DNA from: a virus
Lineage: Duplodnaviria > Caudoviricetes
Reading direction: 5' to 3' (one strand)
Virus record (IMG/VR): IMGVR_UViG_3300049564_000005
Span: 1 to 43,787 of that record
DNA length: 43,787 nucleotides
Every line of letters begins with the position of its first letter. Positions within the stretch are counted from its first letter, which is position 1. Made by a program: the position numbers and the translations under genes. The notes under the pieces are model-generated. The model searched no databases. It was not told where the DNA came from and was given only the letters and a program-made list of their open reading frames with translations. Of this stretch, positions 35,794 through 43,787 are shown in pieces.

Positions 35794-36309
35794 ATGGAAC
35801 CAATCGATGAACAGGAAGCTGAAGACGTGGAACATCATCGTCGCTCCGAAGATCGGGACAAATTGATTCATGAGCGTCTTACAACGATTGAGAAGGAGTA
35901 TCGCGCTCTGGCGACGACTGTGAACAAGCTTGAGCAGACGGTTACAATCGTGCAATTGGAGCAAACCCACTTCAAAGAGATGATGACAGCGCATCTCCGT
36001 CTGGTGGAAGAAAGCAACAAACAGCAGTTGACGAAACTTGAACTTATCGGGCGCGACATTCAGCAGATGGGCAGCGACGTAGACAAGACACCGGTTGCGC
36101 GTCAGCTCGATACACGCTTGACGAACGTGGTAGCATCGATTGACGAGTGCAACGACAGAATCAACAAGCACGAAAGTTTGCACACGCTTTACAAAGAGTG
36201 GCAAGACAGCGTCAAAGGGATTATCGTGCTGTTGAAGTGGATCGGGTTCGGCAGTCTCATCGCTATCGGCATCGCCGCGATCAAATTTTTGCAATACATC
36301 CTGCGCTAG
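35794..36309 (+). CDS. Coiled-coil protein with C-terminal TM helix (XhlA-like lysis accessory)
   Basis: Heptad-rich body with hydrophobic C-terminus. Confidence 0.6.
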   Translation: MEPIDEQEAEDVEHHRRSEDRDKLIHERLTTIEKEYRALATTVNKLEQTVTIVQLEQTHFKEMMTAHLRLVEESNKQQLTKLELIGRDIQQMGSDVDKTPVARQLDTRLTNVVASIDECNDRINKHESLHTLYKEWQDSVKGIIVLLKWIGFGSLIAIGIAAIKFLQYILR

Positions 36310-36317
36310 GAGGCTCG

Positions 36318-36566
36318 ATGTTTCAGAAGATGAGTCTGACCGGGTTCTTTACTGGGCTTGTTGCGTTCATCGGCGCTGCCAGTGAAGTCGTGCACGAACA
36401 CACGCAATGGAACGACTTCTTGACGCCGTTCGGCGTGCTGCACATTCTCGTCATCGGTGCAGCGTTCGTCGTCATGATCGCAGGCGCACTCGGAGTGCAG
36501 CTGCCCAGAAACGAAAACACGAACTATGGCGACAGACGGACCGACCCGAAGCCGCCGGCAAACTGA
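36318..36566 (+). CDS. Holin-like two-TM protein
   Basis: AGGAGG RBS, M-F-Q-K-M possible dual start, two TM helices, charged C-terminus. Confidence 0.65.
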   Translation: MFQKMSLTGFFTGLVAFIGAASEVVHEHTQWNDFLTPFGVLHILVIGAAFVVMIAGALGVQLPRNENTNYGDRRTDPKPPAN

Positions 36567-36601
36567 GCAAGAAGCACGAGCGTTACTTAGTGAGGTGATA
36601 C

Positions 36602-37324
36602 GTGAGACGTTTGATCGTCACGATGTCTATCATGATGGCGTGTTTGTTGGCTATCTGTGGACTGAGCGTCGCGCAATCTTTCATCACCGTCACACCGCAG
36701 TCAGTCGCAGGATGGAATCCCTCACCTGACAACGATGTGATGGTCGGCGACCAGCCGAAGGTCACGAACTATCTTGCAGAGTTCTTTTTGCCGTCTGACG
36801 TCTCTGCGGGTGTCCCGACTGCTGGCGCGGCGTTTACTGCAGACTTCGGCAAGCCGCCTGTTGTCAACAACGAGCAGCACAGCCAGCCGCTGGCAAAACT
36901 GTTGACGCCCGGGATTCCTTATGTCGTGTTCTTGTCTGCCACTGGGCCCTTCGGGACGTCGCCGCGCACTGTTGGCGTTGGACCAATCATGGTACCTGTG
37001 CTGCAGGACCCTTGCACGATTTCAGGGCAGACGCACGCGATCACGATTCAAATTGAAGATTGGACGCAGAGTGTCAAGATTAGCTTTCAGGGCAAGGTTT
37101 ACTTTTCGCTGACGAATGCGTTTCCAATCGTGCAGCTGCAGGTCAAGCTTGCCAGCAACAATCAAGTCATCGGCGAGATTAATGGCAACGAGCTGCGCGG
37201 CGTCGCTGCGTTAAAGTTCTCTGTGCCGAGCGTCGCTGGAACGTATGACTTCGTCGTGGCGGCGAAAGACTCGACCGGGTGCGCTGCGCAGACATTGACT
37301 CAGCGTTCTTTCAAGGTGTCCTAA
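36602..37324 (+). CDS. Exported beta-sandwich protein
   Basis: GAGGTG RBS; signal peptide; Fn3/Ig-like GTYDFVV.A.D..GC end. Confidence 0.65.
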   Translation: MRRLIVTMSIMMACLLAICGLSVAQSFITVTPQSVAGWNPSPDNDVMVGDQPKVTNYLAEFFLPSDVSAGVPTAGAAFTADFGKPPVVNNEQHSQPLAKLLTPGIPYVVFLSATGPFGTSPRTVGVGPIMVPVLQDPCTISGQTHAITIQIEDWTQSVKISFQGKVYFSLTNAFPIVQLQVKLASNNQVIGEINGNELRGVAALKFSVPSVAGTYDFVVAAKDSTGCAAQTLTQRSFKVS

Positions 37325-37839
37325 TGCCCGATGTAGTTGTCAACATCAGTGTCAAGATCGACGGCGAGGAATGTGTTCCGCAACCTCGCCCAAAGCTGCA
37401 GCTGCACGCGTTCGGCCCCGTGCTCAAGCAGAAACTAAACCTAGGGCTGAGTGAAGGTACTCCAATGCTTGGTATTCTGCAGAACGACCAGCAGGCCGTC
37501 GTCACGTATGGCGGTCCGGTGGACAAGAACGGTCAGCCCGCTCCCGTGGAGAAGCTGGTGTTTCAGTCCACGAACGAGAAGGTGGCAACGTTCGTAGCGG
37601 GCGTCATCGACCCGACGACGTTGCAGGTTGTGCCCGACACGGCGAATGACGGATTCATCCGCGGCGTCGTGATCGCACAGTCGAACGGTGTGGCGCAGGT
37701 TCGCATCTCCGCGGACCCGGACCTCAGCGACGTCGTTGCAGAGATTGACGGCGAGTTCGTTGACATTCAGGTGACAGGCGGACAGGCGGTCGGGTTCGGC
37801 GCGCCCGTCTTCGGTACGCCCGTGAACAAGCCCGCGTAA
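37324..37839 (+). CDS. Ig-like (Big_2-type) domain protein
   Basis: VDKNGQPAPV...FQSTNEKVAT...GVAQV.ISAD; possible internal start at 37465. Confidence 0.7.
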   Translation: MPDVVVNISVKIDGEECVPQPRPKLQLHAFGPVLKQKLNLGLSEGTPMLGILQNDQQAVVTYGGPVDKNGQPAPVEKLVFQSTNEKVATFVAGVIDPTTLQVVPDTANDGFIRGVVIAQSNGVAQVRISADPDLSDVVAEIDGEFVDIQVTGGQAVGFGAPVFGTPVNKPA

Positions 37840-37886
37840 GCGAGCTTTCAAGACAGCAGCAACAGGTACCCGCCTAGAGCTGCTTA

Positions 37887-37943
37887 GAGCGTCGCTGCTG
37901 CATGATGCTTTGCTGGGAGCTAGTGCAGCAGCGGCGTTCGTTT
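37887..37943 (+). terminator. Terminator hairpin where the two transcription arms converge
   Basis: GAGCGTCGCTGCTGCA...TGCAGCAGCGGCGTTC then GTTT. Confidence 0.6.
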
Positions 37944-38187
37944 AAGACCGATTGGCGAGCTTGCTAGCGCGTCTGAGCGACTCCGCTACATGACGAGACA
38001 TCAAGAGCGCTAGCCCCTCAGAGTCAGTCAGCGCTTCCACGATCTGCATCAGCGCATCATCGTCTGACATCAACCACGAATCTTTCCCGTGCACCGCTTC
38101 ATACAAATCTTTGATGTAGCGGCGCAGCAGTTCGAACGCCAGAACTTGCTGCTTCGTCTTCGTGCGACCAGTTCGTGGAACGGACAT
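37942..38187 (-). CDS. Hypothetical protein
   Basis: AGGAG RBS; TGATG coupling. Confidence 0.6.
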   Translation of the reverse strand: MSVPRTGRTKTKQQVLAFELLRRYIKDLYEAVHGKDSWLMSDDDALMQIVEALTDSEGLALLMSRHVAESLRRASKLANRS

Positions 38188-38501
38188 CAAATTCTCCTGT
38201 GCACGTGATACAAGCACTCAGCGCAGACTTCGTCAATCATCACGGCGCAATCGTGCTCAATGCAATATGCGACCAAGATGTAATGACGATACGCATGCGC
38301 GTGCGTCGTCACTTCTAACGGGTGGAAAAATATTCCGTGGCTGATTGCTTGCGGATTGATCACATCAAGAACAGCTTTCGCTTGACGCCACGACCACGTG
38401 CCGCTCGGGTCAATCGACAACGCTTCTTTCGTCATGGGCTTCCTGGTCAGCTGTCGCAGATAGTATCTGCACGCATCTGCATGGTTTTGACGGTATCGCA
38501 T
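38187..38501 (-). CDS. Hypothetical His/Cys-rich protein (start 38501 or 38435)
   Basis: CIEHDC...CAEC C-terminus; the longer ORF extension crosses structured non-coding sequence. Confidence 0.5.
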   Translation of the reverse strand: MRYRQNHADACRYYLRQLTRKPMTKEALSIDPSGTWSWRQAKAVLDVINPQAISHGIFFHPLEVTTHAHAYRHYILVAYCIEHDCAVMIDEVCAECLYHVHRRI

Positions 38502-38607
38502 CCACCTACTGAGAACTTGCCGAAAATGTCGCGGGAGCAAGCGTCGCACTCGATTCCCGCTGAAACCGAGCTGCAGGCTTGACTTGCCTGCGACGTTCTC
38601 AGCGTGG
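38502..38607 (-). ncRNA. Candidate structured RNA (multibranch)
   Basis: Outer CTGAGAAC/GTTCTCAG stem enclosing several hairpins with G-U pairs on the minus strand. Confidence 0.35.
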
Positions 38608-38702
38608 GTAAGGGGTAAGCTAGGGGTCTGACGCAGAGTCCGCCAAATCGACTCTAATAGCGTTTGGCGGGTGGTTCGCTGTTTCTTCGCGTCTGACAGC
38701 TC

Positions 38703-38744
38703 AAAACTGACCAAGAAGGCATGCGAAAGAGCGGTCTTGGTCAG
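38703..38744 (-). terminator. Rho-independent terminator
   Basis: CTGACCAAGA...TCTTGGTCAG then TTTT, after the stop at 38755. Confidence 0.65.
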
Positions 38745-38754
38745 CATTCAACTG

Positions 38755-39033
38755 TCAACCGGTGACGAGTGTTTGACGCAGTCGCACGAGCTGATGCATA
38801 ACGTCCACATCAGCGCTGAGCGTTTCGATCATTTTGTCGGCGGTCTTGATGTCCGCTTGCGCTTCAGCAATCGAGCGCTGGGCCCGCACGCGCTGCGCGT
38901 CATACATGCTGACGAGTGTTGACGCGTGGTCGATGCGCGACTGGATTTCTGCTGTGCTCAAGTTCATGTGCTGTTCAGCGACTGCCGACAGCCGTGCTTT
39001 CTGCACTGCGTTTTTCATACCGGGACGTCTCAT
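38755..39033 (-). CDS. Coiled-coil hypothetical protein
   Basis: AAAGGAG RBS; ATGA coupling. Confidence 0.65.
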   Translation of the reverse strand: MRRPGMKNAVQKARLSAVAEQHMNLSTAEIQSRIDHASTLVSMYDAQRVRAQRSIAEAQADIKTADKMIETLSADVDVMHQLVRLRQTLVTG

Positions 39034-39410
39034 AAGTCTCCTTTGAAGTGGCTGGGAATCCATTCAACCGAATTATCAAGATTCAACTTCAGTGCAGTCT
39101 CCGCTTTTGCGAGCTGCCAGCGCAGTAAGCGTGCTTGACGTCGCTTGCGTGCGTGAAACGATTCTAACGCTTCCTCCTTTGTCGCCCATGCGTAACGCTT
39201 GCGGGCATTCGTGTTGACGAACTTCTTGCTACCGTAGTGATCGATCCAAACGCCGCATGGCGTGTGCTTGATGACGACGAACGCCATCATGTTCAACATC
39301 ATTTTTGATTCCGTATACATCGTCTCTTGGAATCGATAGAACTGCTCACGCGGTTGATGCACCATTCTGACGTCGCTGCGAATGATCAGCTGGATGTTAC
39401 CTTCAGCCAT
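39030..39410 (-). CDS. Phage hypothetical protein
   Basis: VIKHTPCGVWI...ARKRYAW.T.EEALESF.ARK pattern. Confidence 0.7.
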   Translation of the reverse strand: MAEGNIQLIIRSDVRMVHQPREQFYRFQETMYTESKMMLNMMAFVVIKHTPCGVWIDHYGSKKFVNTNARKRYAWATKEEALESFHARKRRQARLLRWQLAKAETALKLNLDNSVEWIPSHFKGDL

Positions 39411-39609
39411 CGTGATTACCTTTTTCTTTCAATGGCTTGTCCCGAAGCTTCCAAAACTGCCCGTAACCGCCTTCATACCATTCCCAGCGTTTGTCGAACT
39501 CTTTCAACAGATCGTCAGCTTCAGCTGCTGCCGCCTTCGCATTCATCTGACGCGTGATCGCTGCAGCTGCGAACATCGCCCAGAACTTAGCACGCGGGTT
39601 AGGATTCAT
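39403..39609 (-). CDS. Hypothetical protein
   Basis: FAAAA...A..AD.LL helix pattern. Confidence 0.6.
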   Translation of the reverse strand: MNPNPRAKFWAMFAAAAITRQMNAKAAAAEADDLLKEFDKRWEWYEGGYGQFWKLRDKPLKEKGNHDG

Positions 39610-39613
39610 TCTT

Positions 39614-40981
39614 TCAGTTGTGCCCGTCTTCAATGAAGACTGAGACGTCGGACGCGTTCTTCGTCACAATCTCCATGAGCACTTGTCCGCCCGCTTTCGC
39701 AGCGGCGTCAGCAACCAGCGCGTAACTGTCTTCATCGAGCGCGTTGCCGTTCTTGATGCAGAGCAGCTTGAGCGCGGGATTAAGTGCAAACCCGATTGCT
39801 GTGCTGACTCGGATCTGCTCTGCGGTCGATGCTTGCTTGAACGCGATACCGTTGAACGTGACGACGCCGTTGTGGTTCAATCCCAGTCCATCGACAGGGA
39901 AACGCGTTTCACGAATGATCTTCGCACGCAGCGCGTCAAGCTCGTTGATCAACGTGTCTTGTTCTTCTGCCGACTTCTGATGCTTGACGACAGTGTCCAT
40001 GACGCTGCGTCGTGCGATGTTCGCACGAATCATGCTGTTCTTATCTTCGATGTCGTGCAGCTTCGCGTGAATGGCGTCCATGCTTGGCAGCATCGTTTTT
40101 GCAACGTCTGCAGCATTACGCAGCTTGACTTGCTGCAGCTCTTTTTCAGCACGGTTCGCAACGAGTTCTCCAATCACCTTGCGCTTCTCGTCCAACTGCA
40201 CTTGTAGTTGTGCGATCTGCGCTTCGATGTCGGCAACACGATTTTCTTGAAATTCGATTGCGGTGTTGACGCGTGCGACTTCGATGCCGGCATCCGTCGC
40301 CGCTTTATCAAGCACAGCGTATTCCTTGCGCATCAAGTCAGCATTCGCCAGATCAGCGACGACTCCAGCTGTGCTCAGCTCTTCGTCGGGCACGTCGTCG
40401 TATTTCGGCATCGCATCGAGCAGCACCAGATTGTCCTTGTATTGCTTGCTATAGATGGCGCGACGCTCATACGCAATGCTGCGCTTCTCATCGTGCGCAG
40501 AGAAGTCAAGTCCGACGATCTGGCGCAGCGTTTCAGCTTGCTTCTTTTCGTCGTCGTTGACGAACGCGAACGGATCGATTGTGCGCTTGTCGATGAGTCG
40601 ATCAAGCAGACGCTGTGCGGGTTCTTGCTTGATGCCCTCTGCGTTCTTGACGATAAGGCGTGACTTCGTTTCGCCGTATGCTGGCGGGCCCTGCATCGGC
40701 TGCTCGGAGAGCAAGTCGCGCCAGAACTCTCTGCGCACGACAAGCCCGTCCAAGTTCAGTTCAACGAAGCCGCGTGACTCGCCGCGCTTCAACGGTTCAT
40801 CAGGGCAGAGCGCCATGCCGCCGAGTGCAGCTGCGATTGCGTTCATCACGCTTGATTTGCCCGCGCCGTTCTTACCTCCGAGTGTGAGAACGTTCTGATC
40901 CTTTTTCCATTCGAACTTGATCGCACTCAGACGAAGGATGTTCGACGCCTGCAACGACAACACACGAATCGGTGTTTCCAT
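39614..40981 (-). CDS. SMC/Rad50-like coiled-coil ATPase
   Basis: GKNGAGKSS Walker A, long coiled coil, QASTAEQ signature, LCIKNGNALD (atypical Walker B/D-loop). Confidence 0.85.
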   Translation of the reverse strand: METPIRVLSLQASNILRLSAIKFEWKKDQNVLTLGGKNGAGKSSVMNAIAAALGGMALCPDEPLKRGESRGFVELNLDGLVVRREFWRDLLSEQPMQGPPAYGETKSRLIVKNAEGIKQEPAQRLLDRLIDKRTIDPFAFVNDDEKKQAETLRQIVGLDFSAHDEKRSIAYERRAIYSKQYKDNLVLLDAMPKYDDVPDEELSTAGVVADLANADLMRKEYAVLDKAATDAGIEVARVNTAIEFQENRVADIEAQIAQLQVQLDEKRKVIGELVANRAEKELQQVKLRNAADVAKTMLPSMDAIHAKLHDIEDKNSMIRANIARRSVMDTVVKHQKSAEEQDTLINELDALRAKIIRETRFPVDGLGLNHNGVVTFNGIAFKQASTAEQIRVSTAIGFALNPALKLLCIKNGNALDEDSYALVADAAAKAGGQVLMEIVTKNASDVSVFIEDGHN

Positions 40982-40990
40982 ATCAACCTT

Positions 40991-41194
40991 TCAGCGTTGC
41001 TTCCGCACCTGAATGGGCGGGCAAATCGGGTCATGTTCATACACTTCAATCTTCGTGCGCAGCGTCAGCTGATCTTTGTAGAGACCTAGCCCGCCGATCT
41101 TCTCTACGTGGCCCGTTGTCGTGCAGCGCAGCTTGTCGCCTTCAATAAACGGACCGCTGCACTTCGAACACTTTATTCTTGACGTGATGAACAT
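40991..41194 (-). CDS. Small Zn-binding hypothetical protein
   Basis: CSKC...HDPIC. Confidence 0.55.
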   Translation of the reverse strand: MFITSRIKCSKCSGPFIEGDKLRCTTTGHVEKIGGLGLYKDQLTLRTKIEVYEHDPICPPIQVRKQR

Positions 41195-41460
41195 GACAAT
41201 CTTTCTAGTGCTTCTTTGTAGCGCTGGGCCCGCTCCAGATAGAATGACGCATTCGGCGAGCACTCAGCACGCAACGCGGCATCCAGATCGCGACGATAGC
41301 AATAGTGCAGCTGCATCGCTTCAGACCACGACAGAAAGCGCGCCTGTGGCACTTCGTCCCAGTCGTCAAGTTCATCTTCTTGTTCGATGGCGGGAGCTTG
41401 CTCTACCGGCTCATCGAACAGTGACGGTGTTAAATCGCTTCGATGCTGAACTCTTCGCAC
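41173..41460 (-). CDS. Hypothetical acidic protein
   Basis: Fills the gap in the operon; start uncertain. Confidence 0.45.
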   Translation of the reverse strand: MRRVQHRSDLTPSLFDEPVEQAPAIEQEDELDDWDEVPQARFLSWSEAMQLHYCYRRDLDAALRAECSPNASFYLERAQRYKEALERLSCSSRQE

Positions 41461-41678
41461 GTCAGTCCCAGCGCATCGACTGCAAACGCTATTGCTGTCG
41501 TCATGAAGTCAAACGGCAGCGCGTGCTGCGCGTTGCTGAACCACTTGTGGTTCGCTCCCGCGAAGACGCCCACTGCTGTGAGCTTGACGACGTAACGCGT
41601 CCGCTGTGGTGCATCCTCGACTGCTACAGCGTGCGACAGATTGCGTGAGTATTCGAAGATCGCTGAATTTGTTGTCAT
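41430..41678 (-). CDS. Hypothetical protein
   Basis: ATG after AGGAG, which sits in the stem of the 41691-41727 hairpin. Confidence 0.55.
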   Translation of the reverse strand: MTTNSAIFEYSRNLSHAVAVEDAPQRTRYVVKLTAVGVFAGANHKWFSNAQHALPFDFMTTAIAFAVDALGLTCEEFSIEAI

Positions 41679-41690
41679 TGATGAAATCTG

Positions 41691-41756
41691 CTCCTGCAGC
41701 AAGTATACAACGTTCTTGCTGCAGGAGTCCGTCCCGTGCAGGACTGCGCAGTCCTG
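41691..41756. repeat. 13-bp perfect hairpin plus 18-bp perfect palindrome after the SSB-like gene
   Basis: CTCCTGCAGCAAG-11 nt-CTTGCTGCAGGAG (41691-41727); CAGGACTGCGCAGTCCTG (41739-41756). Confidence 0.75.
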
Positions 41757-41759
41757 ATC

Positions 41760-42557
41760 TTACATTTCCGCATCGTCTGCCGCGGTCGCCGGCTGCTGCG
41801 CGTCTTCGCTGCCGTTCGCTTCTTGCTGCTGCTCAACGTCGTTTTCGTCGCGCTCGATGTCGAACTTGGCGCCCTTGTAATCGTTCGCCAGAATGCTGCA
41901 GTGCTGACGAGTCTCCAGCGGCGTGATGCCGGGTGCCGTTGCGAGATTGTATCCCGCCCACGCGTATTTCTTGTCCTGCTGCATCGTCGTCGTCAGCACA
42001 TACGTGCGTGCCCACGCCGGCGGGTTCACGAGAATCTTGCCGCCTGTCTTCAACGGGTTCTTGAGCAGCCCGTTGAGCTTCAGCGCGTTCTTGATCTGCG
42101 TGCTCTTGAACGACAACGCGCACACCTCGTGATGCTCCGTCAGCCACACGATGTAATCGTAGAACTGCGTCGCCACTGGCTTGACGCGCTCGCCGTCTTC
42201 GTTCTCCGTCCACTGTGCACGCGGATCGTCTTCTGGGACGTCGCGATCAACAACCTGAAGATCCTTGTTGAACTCGACCCAGTGCGTGCCTAGCATCTTG
42301 ATGACAGTGAACGTGAGCGAACGTCCGTAGATTTCGCCGGACAACGAGTTGAACAGATCCAACTCCTGCAGTCCCGGGATCTGCTTCTCGTTGCCTTCCT
42401 TGCGCTGCGGGCTGCCCGACTGACACAGCACGATGCGCGGCGGACGAACGTCCTTGGATCGAATGTTCTCCGTGCCGCGTCCCGCGTCTGCGATCAAATC
42501 ATCGAACGTGTCCAGCGCTGTCGTCTGCTGCTCTTTCGCTTGCATGTCTGTGCTCAT
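41760..42557 (-). CDS. Putative phage ssDNA-binding protein
   Basis: PPRIVLCQSGSPQ...FNSLSGE, LSFKSTQ.K; very acidic C-terminal tail; replication/recombination context. Confidence 0.6.
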   Translation of the reverse strand: MSTDMQAKEQQTTALDTFDDLIADAGRGTENIRSKDVRPPRIVLCQSGSPQRKEGNEKQIPGLQELDLFNSLSGEIYGRSLTFTVIKMLGTHWVEFNKDLQVVDRDVPEDDPRAQWTENEDGERVKPVATQFYDYIVWLTEHHEVCALSFKSTQIKNALKLNGLLKNPLKTGGKILVNPPAWARTYVLTTTMQQDKKYAWAGYNLATAPGITPLETRQHCSILANDYKGAKFDIERDENDVEQQQEANGSEDAQQPATAADDAEM

Positions 42558-42570
42558 CTCATCTCCTGTG

Positions 42571-43227
42571 TTAGAACGTCATCTCTTGCACGTCGGTCGG
42601 CTGTTCTGACACCTCCGTTGTCTTGAGTGGCGTATAGACGACTTTCGTCCGCACGTATGTTTCTACGCCGGTGGGTTCCTTCTCAGCGTTCAACAGAATG
42701 TTCTTCAACAAGTCTGTCATGGGCTTGACGGGAAGTTCCATCTTGTTGCGCAAACCGTGCGCAAAGCACCATTCCCTAAACGCCGCCTTGTCTTTCGCAA
42801 TGGGGTAAATCTCGGGCTGCAGTCTGATGCTGCCTCCATCCAGCATCTTGATCGCTCTGTCGCTGGCGCCGAATGCGCCCCACGCGTCATCTGGCACTTC
42901 TCTGTCGTGCGTCGCAATCAGCAGCTGAACAATCGCTTCCAGCTCGTTCGACGCTTGCGACATGACCATGGCGAGCATTTCGATATTCGCCCGCTGCTGC
43001 GCGTAAAGCAGCGCAAGTATCTGTGCGTTCAGCTTGCGCTTGCCGGTACCGTCGCAGTGCTGACACGCGCTGCCGTCTTTAGCACTGCCCGTCGCGTTGC
43101 ACGAGTCGCAGATGCGCAGTGCCTTCTTTTCGTCGTCGATCTTCTGTTGCGCAGTCAAGTCCTGCGGTGGCAACGGCTTGAGCTTGCAGAGAATGTGATC
43201 GTATTTGCCGGGTTTCCGTTTCGCCAC
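42571..43227 (-). CDS. Replication-module protein with DnaJ-type Zn finger
   Basis: CDSCNATG...CQHCDGTG; C-terminal DKAAFREW...P.GV. Confidence 0.65.
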   Translation of the reverse strand: MAKRKPGKYDHILCKLKPLPPQDLTAQQKIDDEKKALRICDSCNATGSAKDGSACQHCDGTGKRKLNAQILALLYAQQRANIEMLAMVMSQASNELEAIVQLLIATHDREVPDDAWGAFGASDRAIKMLDGGSIRLQPEIYPIAKDKAAFREWCFAHGLRNKMELPVKPMTDLLKNILLNAEKEPTGVETYVRTKVVYTPLKTTEVSEQPTDVQEMTF

Positions 43228-43386
43228 TGACGTCTCCTGTGATGCGTGAGAACTGCGCAGTCAGACTAGCACGCTTGACTGATGCACGTGGATGCTGCCT
43301 GCGCGTTTCTTCACACGAAAATTTTCGATTCTTGTGATCGTAGTGTAGCGATACGAGCAGCCCGCAGATGCACCGCCCGTTGCGCT

Positions 43387-43620
43387 TCATTCGGGGTCCA
43401 CACACGCAACGAGGGCCCACGCGTTCGACGGGTCTGCTTGGCTCAGTGCGCGAACCTTGAACGAGTGGCGTGCTGGCTCGTCTCCGCCCAGCTGCCCATA
43501 AAGCCCGACGTGCTCCCAGACGCCGTAAGGTTCGCGCTTCGTGTCAGCAAGACGCTGTGCGTATTGCACAGCGTCTGCTTGGGTCGGGTTCAATGCGATG
43601 GCGATTCTTGTGTTGTTCAT
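43387..43620 (-). CDS. Hypothetical protein
   Basis: 77-aa ORF directly after the helicase stop. Confidence 0.55.
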   Translation of the reverse strand: MNNTRIAIALNPTQADAVQYAQRLADTKREPYGVWEHVGLYGQLGGDEPARHSFKVRALSQADPSNAWALVACVDPE

Positions 43621-43623
43621 ATG

Positions 43624-43787
43624 TTAGCTCACATACACCAGTGAAGACTTCGCACGCGTGATAGCCACATACGAGATGTTGCGCTCTTCGTCGTTGTCAG
43701 TGCGCAGCGTCTTGGCGAGCACGAACACGCGTTCCGCTTCAAGGCCCTTCGCACGATGCACTGACGAGCAGGTAATCATGCCCGCCT
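43624..43787 (-). CDS. UvrD/Rep-like SF1 helicase, C-terminal fragment (partial)
   Basis: Hand translation: [20 protein letters not shown]...[17 protein letters not shown] (motifs V and VI). Confidence 0.9.
   Translation of the reverse strand, partial: AGMITCSSVHRAKGLEAERVFVLAKTLRTDNDEERNISYVAITRAKSSLVYVS

Noticed and set aside
38502-38747. N-terminal part of the 186-aa ORF 38187-38747
   Set aside because: It starts at a terminator hairpin without an RBS and crosses structured, probably non-coding sequence.
3808-40981. Toprim protein plus SMC-like ATPase as a Wadjet (JetABCD) system
   Set aside because: The genes are 35 kb apart in the window, no JetA/JetB equivalents are seen, and the ATPase is far shorter than JetC.
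43079-43420. 113-aa minus ORF
   Set aside because: An ATGA-coupled start at 43390 is plausible, but the frame overlaps the next gene by about 150 bp; too uncertain to call.

Overview
Partial genome of a tailed dsDNA phage with a long non-contractile tail (siphovirus-like); no integrase, rRNA, tRNA or CRISPR array was seen. Left arm (1-8514, minus strand): early/accessory genes, including an amino-DNA-methyltransferase fusion that runs off the left edge, a fold-type-II PLP enzyme of the kind used in phage base hypermodification, two C39-like peptidases, a TopoVI-A-like Toprim protein and many small ORFs, with two identical 44-bp promoter/hairpin elements. Plus strand (8888-37839): Prim-Pol/VapE primase-helicase, an iteron-rich putative origin, then TerS, TerL, portal, a split gp7, scaffold, P22-like capsid, connectors, tail tube, frameshifted tail chaperone, tape measure, IPT/TIG proteins, a 1275-aa tail-tip protein and a non-canonical lysis cassette. 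Right arm (37942-43787, minus): SMC-like ATPase, SSB-like protein and the C-terminus of a UvrD-like helicase. Most notable: two tail proteins each end in an IPT/TIG domain lacking its last beta-strand, while the next protein starts with exactly two orphan TIG-type terminal strands, suggesting donor-strand complementation at a phage tail tip. Also notable are an array of C(GGU)G-triloop hairpins before the capsid gene and a probable DNA-modification module. All family calls come from motif recognition by eye; no database search was run.
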